DNA of 64,000 bases from Paraspadella gotoi (GCA_051294375.1 CM119263.1:27034631-27098630); one strand, 5' to 3'; counted from the first letter of the stretch, positions 1-14,960 are shown. Numbers and translations are program-made. The notes: generated by a model from the sequence alone, not told the origin.

Positions 1-240
1 TTTAATTCATATTTATTTTCAAAAAGAAGTTTAGAGCGCGATCTCAGCAATGAACAGTTATGATCACATATTTCGTTCAAATATTTACCTTTTCTTCTCC
101 AGAAAAATCCTTAACTTCAAAACTCAATTCTCCCGCGACTTCCCTGAAAAGAGTTTGTTAAATCAAGCTAAACAATTGTAATAATTTACACGATAAGCGT
201 ATTTATCCATTAAAGCCTCAAATTCGCGTCTCATCCTAAC

Positions 241-2823
241 CTTCGTTTGTCTTTTGTTCTCTTTTCGTTCGATCGCGAAGTCTCTGCGAAATGACGATCT
301 GAGATTGTAGAGGTCGCGTCGACGCTCGATTCTTTCTCCATCGTTCCTTGTTTGTCTTTTGTCCAAATCTCAACCGTATCCCTCTGTCGGATGTCGACCG
401 AACTATCCGCTTTTCTATTTTGAATGCCGTCGTATTTATCGCGTTCCCTTGTTCGTTTTTCGACGTAATTCGGGTCTTTCGTTTCAGCGTCCGACGTTTC
501 AACATGATCCTTTTTCCGTGGGGCGTCTTTAATACCGCCGCTAGGTTGATCTAGCGTAAAACCGACGCAGTCTTGACGACTATCTCTCTTCTCACGTATC
601 ACGGTGTAGTTGATATCTTCTACTTCACGAACAAATTCTTCGTTATCATTGTGACGAGCGTCGCCCTGTAGCGCTATGGCCCCTTCACCAACCAACGATT
701 CCAAAATGGCGCGACGAACGGGCGTCTTACGGCGAACAGGCGGCGTCTGGCGACGAACCGGCGGCGTCCTACGACGAACTGGCGGCGTCGGTTTTGTCGT
801 TGACGCCGATTCCGAGACGATCGATTCTCTCGACGAAAAATCTTCGTTTTTGATGAGCGTTCGATTCGTCTCGGTAGTAGTCGTCGTCGTCGTTGTGGTA
901 TTCCCAGTCGCCATTGAAACGGCTAACGTCGAGTCGGATGTCTTTTGTTTTCTCTCCGCCGATGTCACTACCGATCCAGTATCGATTAAGCGACAAGTGG
1001 CTTCCGATTCGGTTTTAATCCCGGCTACGCCCAGATTTTCAAGAGTCTCGTCGCCGTCGCCGACATCAAACGTCGCCAACGCTTTCGACGCCGCGGCTGA
1101 CCCTGCCTCCAACGACGCCGTAACAACTTCCGTAGACGAATCGACGGTGCCGTCCTCATCCTCGAAGGATTCCCCGGCGTCATCGACGTCGTCCTCGCGA
1201 AACTGCGGAACGGCGACCATCTGAACTCGCGCTGGCGGCGACAGACGAAGATGGAATTCGATCTTGGAGACGATCTCGGAGCGACGCTCCACGGCCGCCT
1301 CCACCGTCAGCGTCTCCACGGGTTCCGTCACCTCGACGGGGATTCGCTGGAGGAAGTGGAGATGTTAGAATTCCCGATGAGTAGTGAAGTTGGATGTGGT
1401 GGAGATAAAGAAAAACAATCGGATTTTACTATGCATTTTACCATGTATTAAAAATTGTCCCCTTAAATTCTTCCTTATTTCAAAATACATATGACGTGCA
1501 TCTCAAGTTGTTACTGACTCAATAGTAACCGTGTCGAAGAATGAAGTAGGTGACGCACTATAGAGCTGATCATATTATTTTTTACATTTATAATTACTCT
1601 TTATTTATCAGACCACTTAATGTAATCTAAACCAATACTTAAGATGTACATAAGTAAATTTTTTATCTTTCCTACAAATTAATATCATTGATTCGATACC
1701 GACTTGATTAATTTATCATTTAATCTATCCGCTGCCCCGACCTTCTCTTCCTTTCGACCAAACTTTCCGCTTCGCGCCAAAATTGGCGCCATTTTGATTT
1801 CCTCCGTCGGCGTCGAATCTCGCGACGACGACGCCAGCGCCTCTAGCGTCGAAGGCGTCGAGGATCTCCGGACGGACGAAAACTCGATGGACGAGGGCGG
1901 GTCAGTCGAAGGAGGAGCCGGGGCGTGGCGGACGGTTTGGCAGGACGCCATGTTGGAAGGCGGCGATGGAAAGGAGCAGTTGAACCGAGTCGAGGACGAA
2001 CTCGAGCGAGAAGGCGTCGATGGAGAGAGAGACGAGAAAGAATTGGAAAATGTCAAGGGCGAAGTGAAGGATGTCGAGGGCGAAGTGAAGGATGTCGAGG
2101 GCGAAGTCGAGACACGCCCAGAACTCTTCGTTCGCGATCGATTAAGATTTTTATTCGTCGGCGAAAGTTTCGGGAGAGGGACGGACGATGTCGCTTCGAA
2201 CGTGGGAGCGATCGAAGAAGCGATCGAAGGAGCGATCGTAGGAGCGATCGAAGGAGCGATGGAGGGAGCGATTTCGATCCTCTTTTCGTCGTCGTGGTTG
2301 ATGTGATTGTTGTTGTTTGTCAAGACCTTTAAGTCAACCTCCTCGCTTTCTTCTTTCTTTTCTTCTTCTTCATCTTCGGGCAAATCCACGACGCATTCGT
2401 ACACGTACTGACGCCACATTGTTTTTCGGGGGGGGGGAACAGGGTCACGTGATCGATATGATCCTCGTTTTTTTTGCTTTTATATTTTTTTTTGTGATAA
2501 TTTATTCGTTTTTCAACGACGAAAATAATCGTTAGTCGTTCGATCGAGAATCAAATTACATTTCAGAAATGAGAAAAAAAAAATCACTCAGGTGACTATT
2601 TTGAAGTCTAGGTGATTATTTTTTTGGTGATTTTCGAGTGATTTACATTTTCGACTTTGCGAAGATCGATCCCGCTCAGGTTTCGCCTCAAACCAGCCGC
2701 TTATTCGATTCGTTTTTTAAGCCATACGTTAAATTGTTTTTTAAAAATACCTTTTTTTTTTCGTTTTAATGGCCGACAAGTTGTTTCGGTCACTCTCTCG
2801 ATCTCTCTTTTTTACAGATCCTT

Positions 2824-2892
<69 letters not shown>

Positions 2893-5800
2893 TTTAGTGA
2901 TCCCTCCCCCCTTTCCACGCCTAAAATTTAATGAGTCCACCAGTGGCGCGATTGTAAATACAGAAAACAGAAAAAATGAAACAGCGTTATTCAGTTTGTT
3001 TTCGTTATTTTTCGTTTGTTTTTTTTAGTTTTTTTTGGCTTATCTTACTGTTTATAACAATAAAACCTAAAAATAAAAGCCAATAACTCTCTTTCCCCAA
3101 AAACCGAGAACAACCGATTCTCTGTTTCTTTATATTTCTGGTTTTAGTTTTTGACTTTTTTGTTGTTGGTCACTTTTTTTATTTTTTATTTTTATTTATT
3201 TCATTCCATTTTTTTTTAGTTTTGATTCGTTTTTAAAATTTTTTGTTGTGTCATCTTATAAACCAGGTCTCGATTCAAAACGAAAAAAAAAATCTCTTTT
3301 TTCTCTTTCTTTTTTTTGAGATAGAGAGAGAAATAGTTGGGGAAGAGAAGGAGGGGAGAGGAGAACGATACGGAGAAGAAGAAGTCGATTAATTGATAAA
3401 AAGGGTAAGTGGGAAAGAAGGAAGAAAAGGGAAGAGGAAGAGGAAAAAGAAGGGGGGAAGTATGAGGGAGAGATGGAGAGAGGAGTGGCCGTGACAAGGA
3501 AGAACGAACGGGAGAGAGAGAGGGAGAGGGGAGAAGGAGGAGAATGATAGAATTGAAGGAGAGGCGGAGAGGAGAGGAGGGTAGGGGAGAAAGGAAGGGG
3601 AGAGAGTGGAGGAGAGGGGAGAGAGGGGAGGGAGTGGTGAGAAAGGAGGGGAGAGAGTGGAGGGTAGGGGAGAAAGGAAGGGGAGAGAGTGGAAGGAGAG
3701 GGGAGAGAGGGGAGGGAGAGTGAGAAAGGAAGGGGAGAGAGTGGAGGGTAGGGGAGAAAGGAAGGGGAGAGAGTGGAGGAGATGAGAGAAAGGAAGGGGA
3801 GAAATGGAGGAGATGAGAGAAAGGAAGGGGAGAAAGTGGAGGCAGAGGGGAGAAAGGAAGGGGAGAGAGTGGAGGAGAGGGGAGAAAGGAAGGGAGAGAA
3901 TGGAAGAGAGGGGAGAAAGGAAGGAGAGAAAGTGGAGGGAGAGGGGAGAAAGGAAGGGGAGAGAGTGGAGGAGAGGGGAGAAATGAAGGGGAGAGAAATG
4001 GAAGAAGAGGGAGAAAGGAAGGGGAGAGAGTGGAGGGTAGGGGAAGACACATCGTGAAGGTTTAACCAATCGGTCCAGTTAATGTTTGGGTCTGCGAAAA
4101 AGTAGGGTTCGAAGGATATTTGGAACAGAATTTAGGAGACAAATGGAACTTACTTAGAAGTCAGCCCCATAGCAAGTCAGCCCCTCAGCCTGCAGTCCCT
4201 CAGCCCTGCAGACCTTTAGTTCAATTCCTCAATATAAACTTTTTAACTCCAGTTTCCTGGGAAAAAAAATTCTCCTTCATAAAAGTCTGAAGTCGAGAAG
4301 AAACTCGCGAACGACGTAGTAAACACTTCAACTCTTTGACTGGCCTAAGATTAGCCCAAGATTTACGGGAGATTGGCTAGAGATTCGTTTAAGATTGGCC
4401 TCAACTCGAAAATAAGACGAAATACTTTCCAGGAGTCTTAGGTGATGATTCGCATTGATTTTTTAGTATTTAAGTATCAAAGTGTAAAAAGTAAAAACAT
4501 GAAAGAAAAAAAAATAAACTATTACAAAAAATTAAATAAATACCTAAATCCGAACAAACAAATTGTGCTTACTCTTGTTTGTCAATTTAATTTGAAACTA
4601 ACGAGCGCATGATTTGTTTGTTTGTCTGTTTGTCCTTGTCCAATCCACTTGGCGCGTCGAAGAGGTTAATGAAGACAAGTCGGTCCTTGTCGTTCGGGAC
4701 ATAAAACTCGACGGGAAAATTCGACTCAAACGAAATCGAAGTTCATGAATCAACGAAGAAAACAGTTACAGTTAAACCTCCCTATTCGACTGGACCTATT
4801 CGCGATTTGAGACGATTTTTATCCAGATTTTTTGAGGGGAAAAAAACAGTAATATCGAAAACTGAAACACGTAATAATATAAATTAACAGTAAATTTTTG
4901 ACCTAATATTATTTAGCATCATTTCTTCAAATTAAAAGGCGTCACGTTCGTCCATTACATCCCCTCATCGTCCTACATAGCGCGGAATAACATCCGGGGA
5001 AACTGACAAAAAAATCTAAATCGTCCAAAGATGAATCGAGTCGACGAGAAACGAAATCGGACAAAAGACAGAAGAGCATCAATTTCTCCCGGTTTACATT
5101 TTTTTTTACAATCGGGAATTCTCAGTGATCGGTTTGTCTCTGTCGCTTAGTAGCTTTGTAAAAATGGCCTAACTTAATCAATGATTGATTTGTCGGTTTT
5201 GAAAAAATAACAGCGATAATATTTCGTCTCGCAAGGACGTCATCAAGTCAGTTAGAAACGATGCGAGTTAAATTTTCTAAAGATGACAGCCACTAAAAAT
5301 TTTCGGGGATAATTAAAAAAAAAAAACACTTAGAAGCTAATATTTCGACTGACTTTAAGTTAAAATTTAAGTTAAGATTTCGACTCACTTTGTTTTCCTT
5401 TTCGTGATCTTCAATCTTCTCGTCGTCGCCGCATCCTCCTCCTCCTTCTAACCTTTGTTCTTCTTCTCTCCCACCTGCTCCTCCTCCTCCCCCTCCTCCT
5501 CCTCCTCCGCCTCCGCCTCCGCCTCCGCCTCCGCCTCCGCCTCCCAAAAACCATTCCGCCCGGATTTCCTCCATCCTCCGATCTCTCGACGGCGATTGCT
5601 CTTGCTGAAGTTGCTGTGTCAACTGCAGTTGCTGCATTCGCTCCAACTTTTCTTGTCGTAGAAAACGATCCTGAAGTAGTTGCTCCTGTTGCTGCAGCCG
5701 AATTTGCTGCTCCTGGTTTTGTTTACGCAGCGATTGAAGCAACATTTCTTTTTCTTCACGTTCCCCGAATTGATCTCCGTAATCCTCGAGCCGGTCGCGC

Positions 5801-7317
5801 TCTCTTTGAGGGCTGAGGGCGTGCACCCCGCGAGGCACGTCGTCCACGAGTCGGTCACGATCGGGCCTAAAGAGCCCGCGCGGCGCATTGCTCCATTCCA
5901 TTGCCGATTGTTTGGGTCGATCTTCGTCAGTCTCGTCTTTACGTCGTTGTTGTTGTCGTTGTTCGACTGGATCGCCTGGGTATTCCCTGCTGGGGCTGAG
6001 GGCGTGGAGGCCTCGGGGGACATCGTCGACAATCCACTCGGTCAGCACCTGAAGGAAACTTTTAAGGCATTATTGATGAATCGATTAAATTCATCTTTTT
6101 CAATCCTTTTTCCTTTTTTTTCTGAAAATGGTACTACTATGGCAACGGGGGGACATGTGTGATGCCTGGGGTGTGAGGCATTGATCCTCCTTACCCGACC
6201 TGACCTTTGAACTTTGCCTTACCCTTTCAACTCCTACTCCGGTTTTCCTTTCTCTCACTCCTCCAAAGTGAAGTTCTCCCGTCTTGACTGCATCCAGCGC
6301 CATCCCAGTCTGCGTTCGAATCCCGTCGATGGTGGACGGACGTCGCACGACGGTTTCGTCCGTCGTGAAAGCATACCGGGCGTCGCCGGCCCCGGACGAG
6401 CCATTGCGGGACTCCTTGGGCCACAGAGACATGGAAGCCTTTTTAGGAGGTTCACCGGCGCCTGGACTCGAGAGGCGAGAAGAGATCGGGGACTCCGTGG
6501 CGCCGAATGCGCCGATTCCAGCACCGGCGCCGCGTGACGGTTCCAGCAAAGGACTTGGCGAGCGCGCGTCGTCGACGCCGCCTCGAAGATGCTTCGGCAA
6601 GAGAGACTTGGAGAGCCGACGACCCGATTGGCTTCCTGTCGGACTCGAGATTCTGCCCGTCTCTCCCAAAGGACTTGAGATTCTGCACGTCTCTACAAAG
6701 GGACTCGAAACTGTTCCAACATCTCCCGACGGACTGCTGCCTCTTCGTTTTGGCATGGCACGCGACCCCGGTGTCGGATCTGAAACTCCATCAACGGAAG
6801 AGCGCCGCGCGGATTTGTGAACGAAAAGAAGCCGGTTTGGGTCGATGGTTTCGCGATAAAAGGAGTCGACTTCTTCGATGGAAAGTCTCGAGATTGGCGA
6901 CTCTGGAGGATCTCTAAAGTTTGTCGTCGTCTTTGTGGTCGTCATCGTCGTCGTCGTCAATAACAACTCATCCAATCGTCGTTGCGGCGTCTTTAATTCT
7001 TCCTCGTCCTTCGCCCCCGCCGACAACTTTGACGGCGGACTCGACTTGTGATTCTTGCTTCGCTTCGGTAGCGACTTCTTCAGCCACGCGGGCTTCGGCG
7101 GCGGCGTCGGCTTCTCGCCCGACAAAGGCGACGCCGGGGGCGGAGAAGTCGGCTTCTCGAGAGGCTCGTCCATTGGGGTCGAAGAAGAGTCGTGGATGGA
7201 GGAGGATGTCGCGGGAAAGTCGATCCCGGCATCGCTCGTCGAGTCCTGTCGGCGGAAAGACGCCTTCCAGGTGGCGCCGAGGAAGATCGGGCAGCTGGCG
7301 TCGTCGAGGAAGGTGGC

Positions 7318-7403
<86 letters not shown>

Positions 7404-8601
7404 ATTTGAAACTATAAATCCTTGAAAACCTTGAAACCGGTGGTCAACAATCCGAACTCACCTCTCCGCTCCTCAAGATCTCGAATCGCCCTCGCGTCTT
7501 CCTTCGATGGGGTTGGACTCACGACGGAAACTCGATTCGGTTTCAACGCCGGATTCATCGACGGCGCCGTCTCCGTGGCGCCGGCGTCGTCGTTTGATAT
7601 TGCGGCGCAGTTTTCCAAGGTGCCGTCTTCTGCGGCGCTAATGGTTCCAGACTTGTGGGATTTATGTTTGTTGTTGTCGTTGTCGTCGTCTTTGTCGAGA
7701 TGTTCGAAGAGTCGATCGTAAATGGAACTTTTTCGAATCTTTGCTTCGATTCCATCGGAATTAGATTCCATGTTTTGCTTGTCCTTTAATTTTGAAAATG
7801 AGGGACGAGATGGAAAAATAAAGTGAGTTGACAACAGTTTACGATAGTTAAATACACATTTCATTGTGGTTTATTTCAACTGTTATTGAAATAGTTTCGT
7901 CCTTAAGAAGATAAACAGATTAATTAGATTTTAAAAGAAAGCAATACTAGTAAAAGCAATCGCCAGAATCAACCCCAAAACTAACTTTGAACGGGAGGCG
8001 TTTGTGGAATCGTGTCAGGTCTTCTTCCTCTTCGTCTTCGTCGTTGCCACGAGCTACGACGATCGTCGTGAAGTCCGTGGCTGATCTTTGCGGCGAACGA
8101 GGTTCTTCGTCGTAAGAAGACACAAGCGAGGAACTGATCTTTTTTACGTCGTCCTCGTGCGTCGTCGCTGTTGTAGTCGTTGTTGTTGTTCGAGTCTCAT
8201 CTTCGCGGACAACAAAGTTTTCCTGGTCGTCGTTGTGATCGCCATCTTTGATTACGATCTCCGTAGATTCGTCCTCTTCCGTTTCTTCGTCCTCCTCCAA
8301 AATCGTCTCGTGCAGCAAATCCCTGAAAGAAAACAAAACAAAACTTTTTTGGCGACAAAAATAAAAAAAAACAAAAGGACATAGACATACTAAAAAAATG
8401 AATGTGAAATGAGAAAACAAAGAGGGAAGAAACCATTTAGACGCTTGAAAAGACAGTGATTTAAAATTTAAGTATAACCGATGACCGATCGCTTTTCTAT
8501 CGATACGAAACACATCCTTTCTCGATGTGTTTTTAGAAACATAAAATTTCAAAAAGAGAGGCGGCGAGACGTCAGCTGCGAGAGAGAGAGAGAGAGAGGA
8601 G

Positions 8602-8673
<72 letters not shown>

Positions 8674-10487
8674 TAGAGACGTGCCGAGGAGAGAGTCGAA
8701 AGTGCGATGAGATTCAAATATTTGTTTACTTTTTAGGGGGGGGAGATGGGGTCGAGGTTGTTGATTGTGTCGAAATTTAACAGAAAAAAATTATCGGAAA
8801 CGCTGCACTTTTGTTTTTGGCATTTGATTATCTAAAAAAAATAAACTTATTACAAATCTGAACAAAAAAATTTTTTCAATTTTTTAAAAGACAATATAAA
8901 AAATTGAATTTACAACTCTGTTTTTTTTAACCAAATTTCAATTAAGTTAACAAAAAGTTAGACGAATTTTTCGTATAGGAATCTTTAACATCGGCCGCCC
9001 GCGCTTTGTTTACATGATCAAGAAGTTGTGTTTACCTCTCCAATCTCTCGGTAGATATCCTGAGTAGAGGCGTCGCGTAATACGTTATTTCACCGCGAGA
9101 TGGCGCGCCGTGATCCCGAGGCCTAATCACGTGATCGTTATCCAGGCTGGCGGCGTCGATGGTCGGCGGCGGCGTCGTTGGCGGCGTCATCGGCAGATCC
9201 AAATCGGGTTCGTAGTCGTCGTCATCTGATGAGAAAAGAAAAGGAAAAGGAGAGAGTTAATCTGTCTTCGATTTTTTATTTAGGCTTTGACTTTGAATTT
9301 GACCTTGACCTAAAAATTTACCTAGATTTTGGATTCAGTGGAGAGTCTTTGAAGGTTATGAATTATATTTCCGATGACCATAATCATATTATAAATTTAT
9401 TTTCATATTGCTGTTCTGATTTTTACATCGAATAGACAAATGTGCTTGTCATTCTAACCTCAATTTCGTAAAGTTCTGACGTAATTTTTTATAGGAAATA
9501 TATCTGGAAAGAGTATAGCAAAATGTCACATAGATATTGTGTTCTGATCTGAAGAAAAGGAATACATAGTTAACGGCGGGTTACTTCTTTTTGAATAAAT
9601 GAAATAACAATTCGCTTTTATTAAATCGAAAAAAATAAAATTCGGTTAATTTTATAGCAAATTAATTGCTAAATTTGGCGGAAATAAAAAAACTTTCTTG
9701 CAGAAAGTAAAGGCAGGAATTACTTCGACCTGATAACGATTTAATTCGACAACGATTTTAGTTTTAATTAAATATTAAAATTAAAATGGTTGTCCGAATC
9801 TCATAACACAACGAATCGAAAGAATTTTCCAAATTACAAACTGAAAAAATAATATATTCCGGTAACAGGTATGGTGGCCCACCATACCCTTTCAAAATTA
9901 TACACGAAATACGGTAGCTTGTATTTTGAAACTGATATATCCATTATCCAATTTAAAAAAATTATAAAATTACCGTAAATGACGAGTCGAAGATCTTGAC
10001 TTGACATCGCAGCAGTCGAGTTCGTGATGGAAAACTCGGAGTCCATTTCGAAAAAATCAGCGCGCCCTTCCAACCCCGAGTCATCTTCCGACGCTAGAGA
10101 CGATCGCGCCGCGTCCGACGCCATCGCCACCAAATGCGACTCCTTTGACGTCACGCCATCGTCCGGGCGTAGTTCGTTTTCGATCGTGACGTCTTCGATC
10201 GGTTGTGACGCGACGCCAACCGTTTCCGGCGACGCCGTTTTCGTTAGCGGAGCGTCGTGGCTTGATTGCAACGTAGCGTGAAGATCTTCGGACGATTGTG
10301 AAATCGTGAAATCGACTGCCCCGGATGACGTGACGTCGTTTGTTTTTGAGATCTGTACAGATGTCGCTCCGGTGGAGGCCAACTTTTCGTCGATACACGT
10401 GACCTTTATTTTATCGTCGTCACTGTCGTCTTTTTCGTCGTCGTCGTCATTCGCGCGATCGACTTGAGATTCGACGTTGAGATCCAT
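241..10487 (-). CDS. Large multi-exon gene for a low-complexity Ser/Thr/Asp/Glu/Pro-rich protein of unknown function; continues beyond the left edge of the window
   Basis: GT-AG exons with consistent phases: 10487-9974, 9225-9036, 8322-7986, 7783-7438, 7316-6205, 6048-5389, 1346-241. 2419-1700 (ATG-initiated MWRQYVYE...) looks like an alternative first exon. Exons are GC/CpG-rich against AT-rich introns. No globular domain recognised in this part. Confidence 0.7.
3540..4045. repeat. Purine-only minisatellite (unit about 32-33 bp, GGAGAGAGTGGAGGAGAGGGGAGAAAGGAAGG-like)
   Basis: Imperfect tandem copies are directly visible; they explain the Pro/Ser/Leu-rich three-frame ORFs at 3216-4069. Confidence 0.9.
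7321..7399. repeat. (AG)n microsatellite acting as polypyrimidine tract on the minus strand; representative of many (AG)n/(CT)n tracts in the window
   Basis: Perfect AG run immediately beside the minus-strand acceptor at 7317-7318. Similar tracts near 2826, 8580, 17090, 19220, 23040, 23460, 24745, 34285, 34520, 44730, 46450 and 47080. Confidence 0.95.
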
Positions 10488-12256
10488 CCGGACGAAACCA
10501 ACTCGAATCCTTCGAAGTCCAAATAAAAAAAAAAGATTCGCCGACGCCTTCTTTTTATTTTTAGACTCTAATGAAGTTTGGAAATTTTGTTTGTTTGTTT
10601 ATTTACTTGTTTTCGTTCCAATCTCGCAGCAGCAGCAGGAGCAGCAGCGTCAGCGTCAGCATTCGACGTCAACATTTGAGATTCTTCACTGTCGAGAAAG
10701 AACACGTTTTAGATTTAAAGATACACAACGAGAGAGAGAGAGAGTGAGTGAGATAGTGTGTCGAAGAGGGAAGGGAGGGAGAGAAAGAGAAAGACGGGAG
10801 GGTGATAGAGGAAGAGAGAGAGACGAGGAAGAGAGAGAGAGAGAGAGAAGAGAGAGAGAGAAGGAGAGAGATAGAAGAGAGAGATTGGGTTCGGAGGTCC
10901 TCACTAGTGGCATTAAACAGACGTCTACTCGAACCACGCCAAAAAAATAATGTCAGGATGTCAGCATTTAAGGTTAAGGTTTAATGTTAGCGAGTAAAAT
11001 TAAGTTAAGTTCGGTATTAGTTTATAATTCTAAGTAGAATGGATTAAAGTTGAAAGTTTATGGGCTTAAAAAAATCAAAAAGCAGGGTGCCTTTTGGATG
11101 AGAGAGTCAACCTTTTGTTATTATTACAAAGGGTTTTCTCGCCGCTTGTCTATTAATTTTCTTTAGATAAAAAACGCAAGATCAAACTTGTTTAGAGACT
11201 TGATAGAAAGGTTACCAGACTTGACTCAGGAAGACAAGCGGTCATGCCTCTGACCTTTATGATATCAGGGGATAAAATCTGGTTTAAGGCCCTTCTAGGT
11301 CAAGTGCCGCGAGAGAAAAAAAAATTGTTCAATCTAATCATTAAAGATAAACAAATACGTTTTCACAGATCAAATTAGTTTTTTAATAAGTCACTTTGAG
11401 AGAGAATACGGCAAAGTTTGTTTTTGTTTACAACAACAAAGTTTATTTGTGCTTTAAACGGGCATGTATTTCGACTCGTTTTTTCGAGTCTTCATCATCG
11501 CAATGTTAAGTTTAATTTTTTTTTTTCAGCTATGTAATCCTACTATACAGTCCACTGAAAACGTTGTGTGTGCTAAGAGTGAGCTGGCAATAATCTAAAC
11601 CCTCTCAGAAAATCGCCGAAGGAAATTGTTGAAAGCCATTTCGGTGATTAATGAAGAACGGAGAGAGAGCGAGTCTTGTCGGACACGAGAGAGAGCGAGT
11701 CATTTCGGGACACGCGAATCGGTGCCGGGACCGAGTCGCCGACTCACGGAATCCGAAAACTTTTTTTCTGATTGGCCCTTGCCGGAAAATCTGTGAAATA
11801 TGACTTTAATTTTTTATTTCAACAAATGGGCGTAAAAACAATTTGAAAAACCAAGGTGAGAAAATTTAGAACACCGTCCACTTCCAATTATTCTAATATA
11901 TTGCATATTAATATTTATTTTATAATTAATAAAATAATTATAATATTAAAATAATAATGAGAGTCAAATAAATTTGATGAACGTGAAATCAACGGTTTGT
12001 TTTTTGGCTTTTTTCCAGCGAAAATTGCTTTAGTTCAATTAAGTACAAACTAAACTTTAAAATTAATTTAATTCAACTTTAAATTTGGGATTTTGTTTTC
12101 CTTGAATGTCGACGTCCAAGTTGCGCATCCTATAAAAGTCATTAAATGGATTAATTTTAGGAATTTATTAAAATTAAACTTGTAATTCAAATAGGATTAT
12201 TTCATAATCATAACAGTGTGATTTGTTTTTTTTTAATGATTTAATGAAGGTCTCAC

Positions 12257-12881
12257 CTCAGTTGAGACAACACGCCATCTCTAAACGACGCGTAATTCAT
12301 TTTCCCGTCTCTTCGCTTACTCACGCATCGTCTCATTTTTCAAAAAGACGCCAATCGATTCGCGTGGGTAATTCCCTCGTTGTCACAAGAGAACCGGCCC
12401 ATTTCTTTTGGACAATTTCTCAAGACATTTGTCCAGCGTGTCCTTGATGCCCTTCTGTCCAATATCAGACCACGCGATGGATCGCAATCTGATCTCTCCT
12501 TACGCTGGTCATCATCTCGCGATAACATTGACGGATTTAGAATCACATTTGTTGTAGTGCGTAATGCCTTACATTGTCGCAAAGGAGCCATGATTTTTTG
12601 GGACAAAACTTAGACACTTGTCTAAGAGACGGGCTTTATTCCACTCTCTTTGTCCAGACAAACTCCGCGGATGAACGACGCGAAAGATCTCTGCCGCTGG
12701 TTTCTTTTTGCAACGCATTTGCGAATCTCAAATTCGCAATTGCGACTGTTGTGCGTTATGCCTTCGTTATCGCAAACTTGGCGAAATGGATTTCGTTGGG
12801 AACAAAACTTAAAGACATTTCTCCAAAACATCCTTGATTCCGTATCGGAGCCATTTTAAGGCATGGGCAATAAGTGCGTTC
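12257..12881 (-). pseudogene. Exon encoding about 3 tandem Kazal-type protease-inhibitor-like domains, frameshifted (sequencing error or pseudogene)
   Basis: Repeated C..C....VCDNEGITHxxxCxFxxxxC pattern across frames (RQVCDNEGITHNSRNCEFEIRKC; NCPKEMGRFSCDNEGITHANR) resembles the Kazal C-x3-PVCGxDGxTYxNxC motif. Bounded by TCAG acceptor (12882-12883) and GTGAG donor (12255-12256). Confidence 0.65.
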
Positions 12882-14960
12882 CTGACAGATAACAGACAGA
12901 AGTCATCATTACAAATGCATTTATCACAAAGATAATTTTTCAATTTAGTTGTACAATTTTATTTAACTTATTAATGTTAACTTTTGCTCCAAAATTCTTA
13001 CCCAAAAGGAAAAGAAAAAACTAAAAACTCGAACCATTTTTTTAATCCTAAATTTGTTTTAAAAAATTTCAGGGAAAGAAAAAATGTAATCGTTGGCCTG
13101 GAAATATTTAATTGGGATCGACGGAGCACTATGATCTATAAGAAAAGTAATACCGGAAAAAGTAGGTTTTTGTAAAAAAGAAAAAAAGAATGTTTTTCGA
13201 TATTTAAAGCCATGTGGATCACTGTGCGTCCGGTGAGAAAAGAATTCAGGCTTTGATTGTATGGTCGATTGTGATTTTATCGGTGAACAACCGATTTATA
13301 ATGTTTGTCCAAAAACAATCTCGACCCTTGAATTGCAAGCGTGCAACACATTCCTGAACGTGGGCAATACGTAGCAGGGAAAGCTGGAAAACAAAGGTTG
13401 ACTGACTCGAATCATCTTAAGCGCTTAATTGAAAAATTTAAAACAGATTTAACACAAATTAGGACGTTTATTTCTTAACATAATGTAGCAAACATAACAC
13501 CATTAATTCTCTGTTGTAAAACAAAATGAGCGCGTTTCGCGGGTTTTTGGACTTCGGGAGGAATACCCGAAAAAAATGCTGGAGGCGACGCTGGTCGATT
13601 TCGCTCCACAACGTCCGTCGTCGAATAGCCAGCCAAAATCCTTGACATCTTGACTAGAGAATTTGAGTGACCCCTTTAAGGAAATAAAGAACATTTTAAA
13701 TTATAATCAAGTAAAATTAACTGATTGATACTTGATTAGTCCTGACCTGTTGGGATTCCCGGGTCCGAGTAGAACAACGACGGCCACAAGATCAAACAGC
13801 TCGTCGTTATCTGTCGCCTGTTTCGCCAGGCGAATGGAAAACAGCGAAAGCTCGATCAGGGAAAGCCCATGCGGTGGGACAGCTTGGTGTAAGCGTTGAA
13901 AGGTCGTCAAGTATTTTGAAGCGCTTTAAGGTGTAAGGCCAAGATCGGGCAGACTGAAGAGTATAATATAATTTTTTCGATAATGCTAATAAGATAATGA
14001 GTATTTAATACTAACAATTATAAAGAATAAAATAAAGTTTTCCCTTCCTTGATATATAGTAATCATTATACAAATTTAGTAAAAATATGCCTATATTGTA
14101 GTTAAGGTCAAACATAATAGGTGTTTGTCGTTGTGATCGTTGTGTGTGGTTGTGAAATAAAACTGCGCTCACCCCTTTTTGATCCTCATCCTCTTCTGTG
14201 CCTCCTGCTTCGATCGCAAACGTCGCAGTCGTAATTTTTGATCGGAGCAAAAGTCTCTGTGTTGGCGAAGACTCCTCAACGATGTGAGAACAGAGACGAA
14301 TGTCTCACGTCGCACGGGAGAGATCGAGAAAATCTCGTCTTTGCTGGAGACCGTCTCGCAGTTCAAGCAGCGCGTCTCGTCCTAAAGAGTTCCTCTCTGA
14401 AGAGTCGTGAATTGCCGATGACTTGGAGGTTGAAAGAAGAGGCAGCAGCCGCCGCCACCGCCGCCCGCCGCCGAACCTGCACACCGTCGGCCGATTGACG
14501 AATGTGGAGACGTCCAAGTCTTCTTCTCGTCGTGTCGTCGTCGTCGGATTAGCTCCGTCTTGTCAGTCCTTTTCTGCGGACACAAAAGAGTCGGCCATGC
14601 TGTTGACAGAGATAGCTGGTAGTTTCAAGAAACCACTCGTGGGCGTCTTTGCCTGCGTGAAGGTTGTCGAAAGGCGGCCTCCTCCTTCCTCGCGAAACGA
14701 ATTTGCGCAGGTGCGAACGGTACCGAAACCATCGTTTCTTCTGCCGAGGAGATGTTTGTGGAAGAGGTCAGCCCAAAGCGAGAGAGGAGGGTCTCGGTCT
14801 TGCGCTTGGAATGGCGCGTGTTGGAGAACGTCGTCGCGGAATGGTTGGCAGAGTAACAGAGCTTGAAGGACACTGCGAGGAATTGAGAATGAATGGGGAA
14901 GTGAGAGTATAATCTGCAATGTCAATACCAGGAGTAGAAGATGGGGGGGCAGGAATGCAC

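Noticed and set aside
3216-4069. Long Pro/Ser/Leu-rich ORFs in three frames
   Set aside because: A by-product of a purine-only minisatellite that lacks stop codons.
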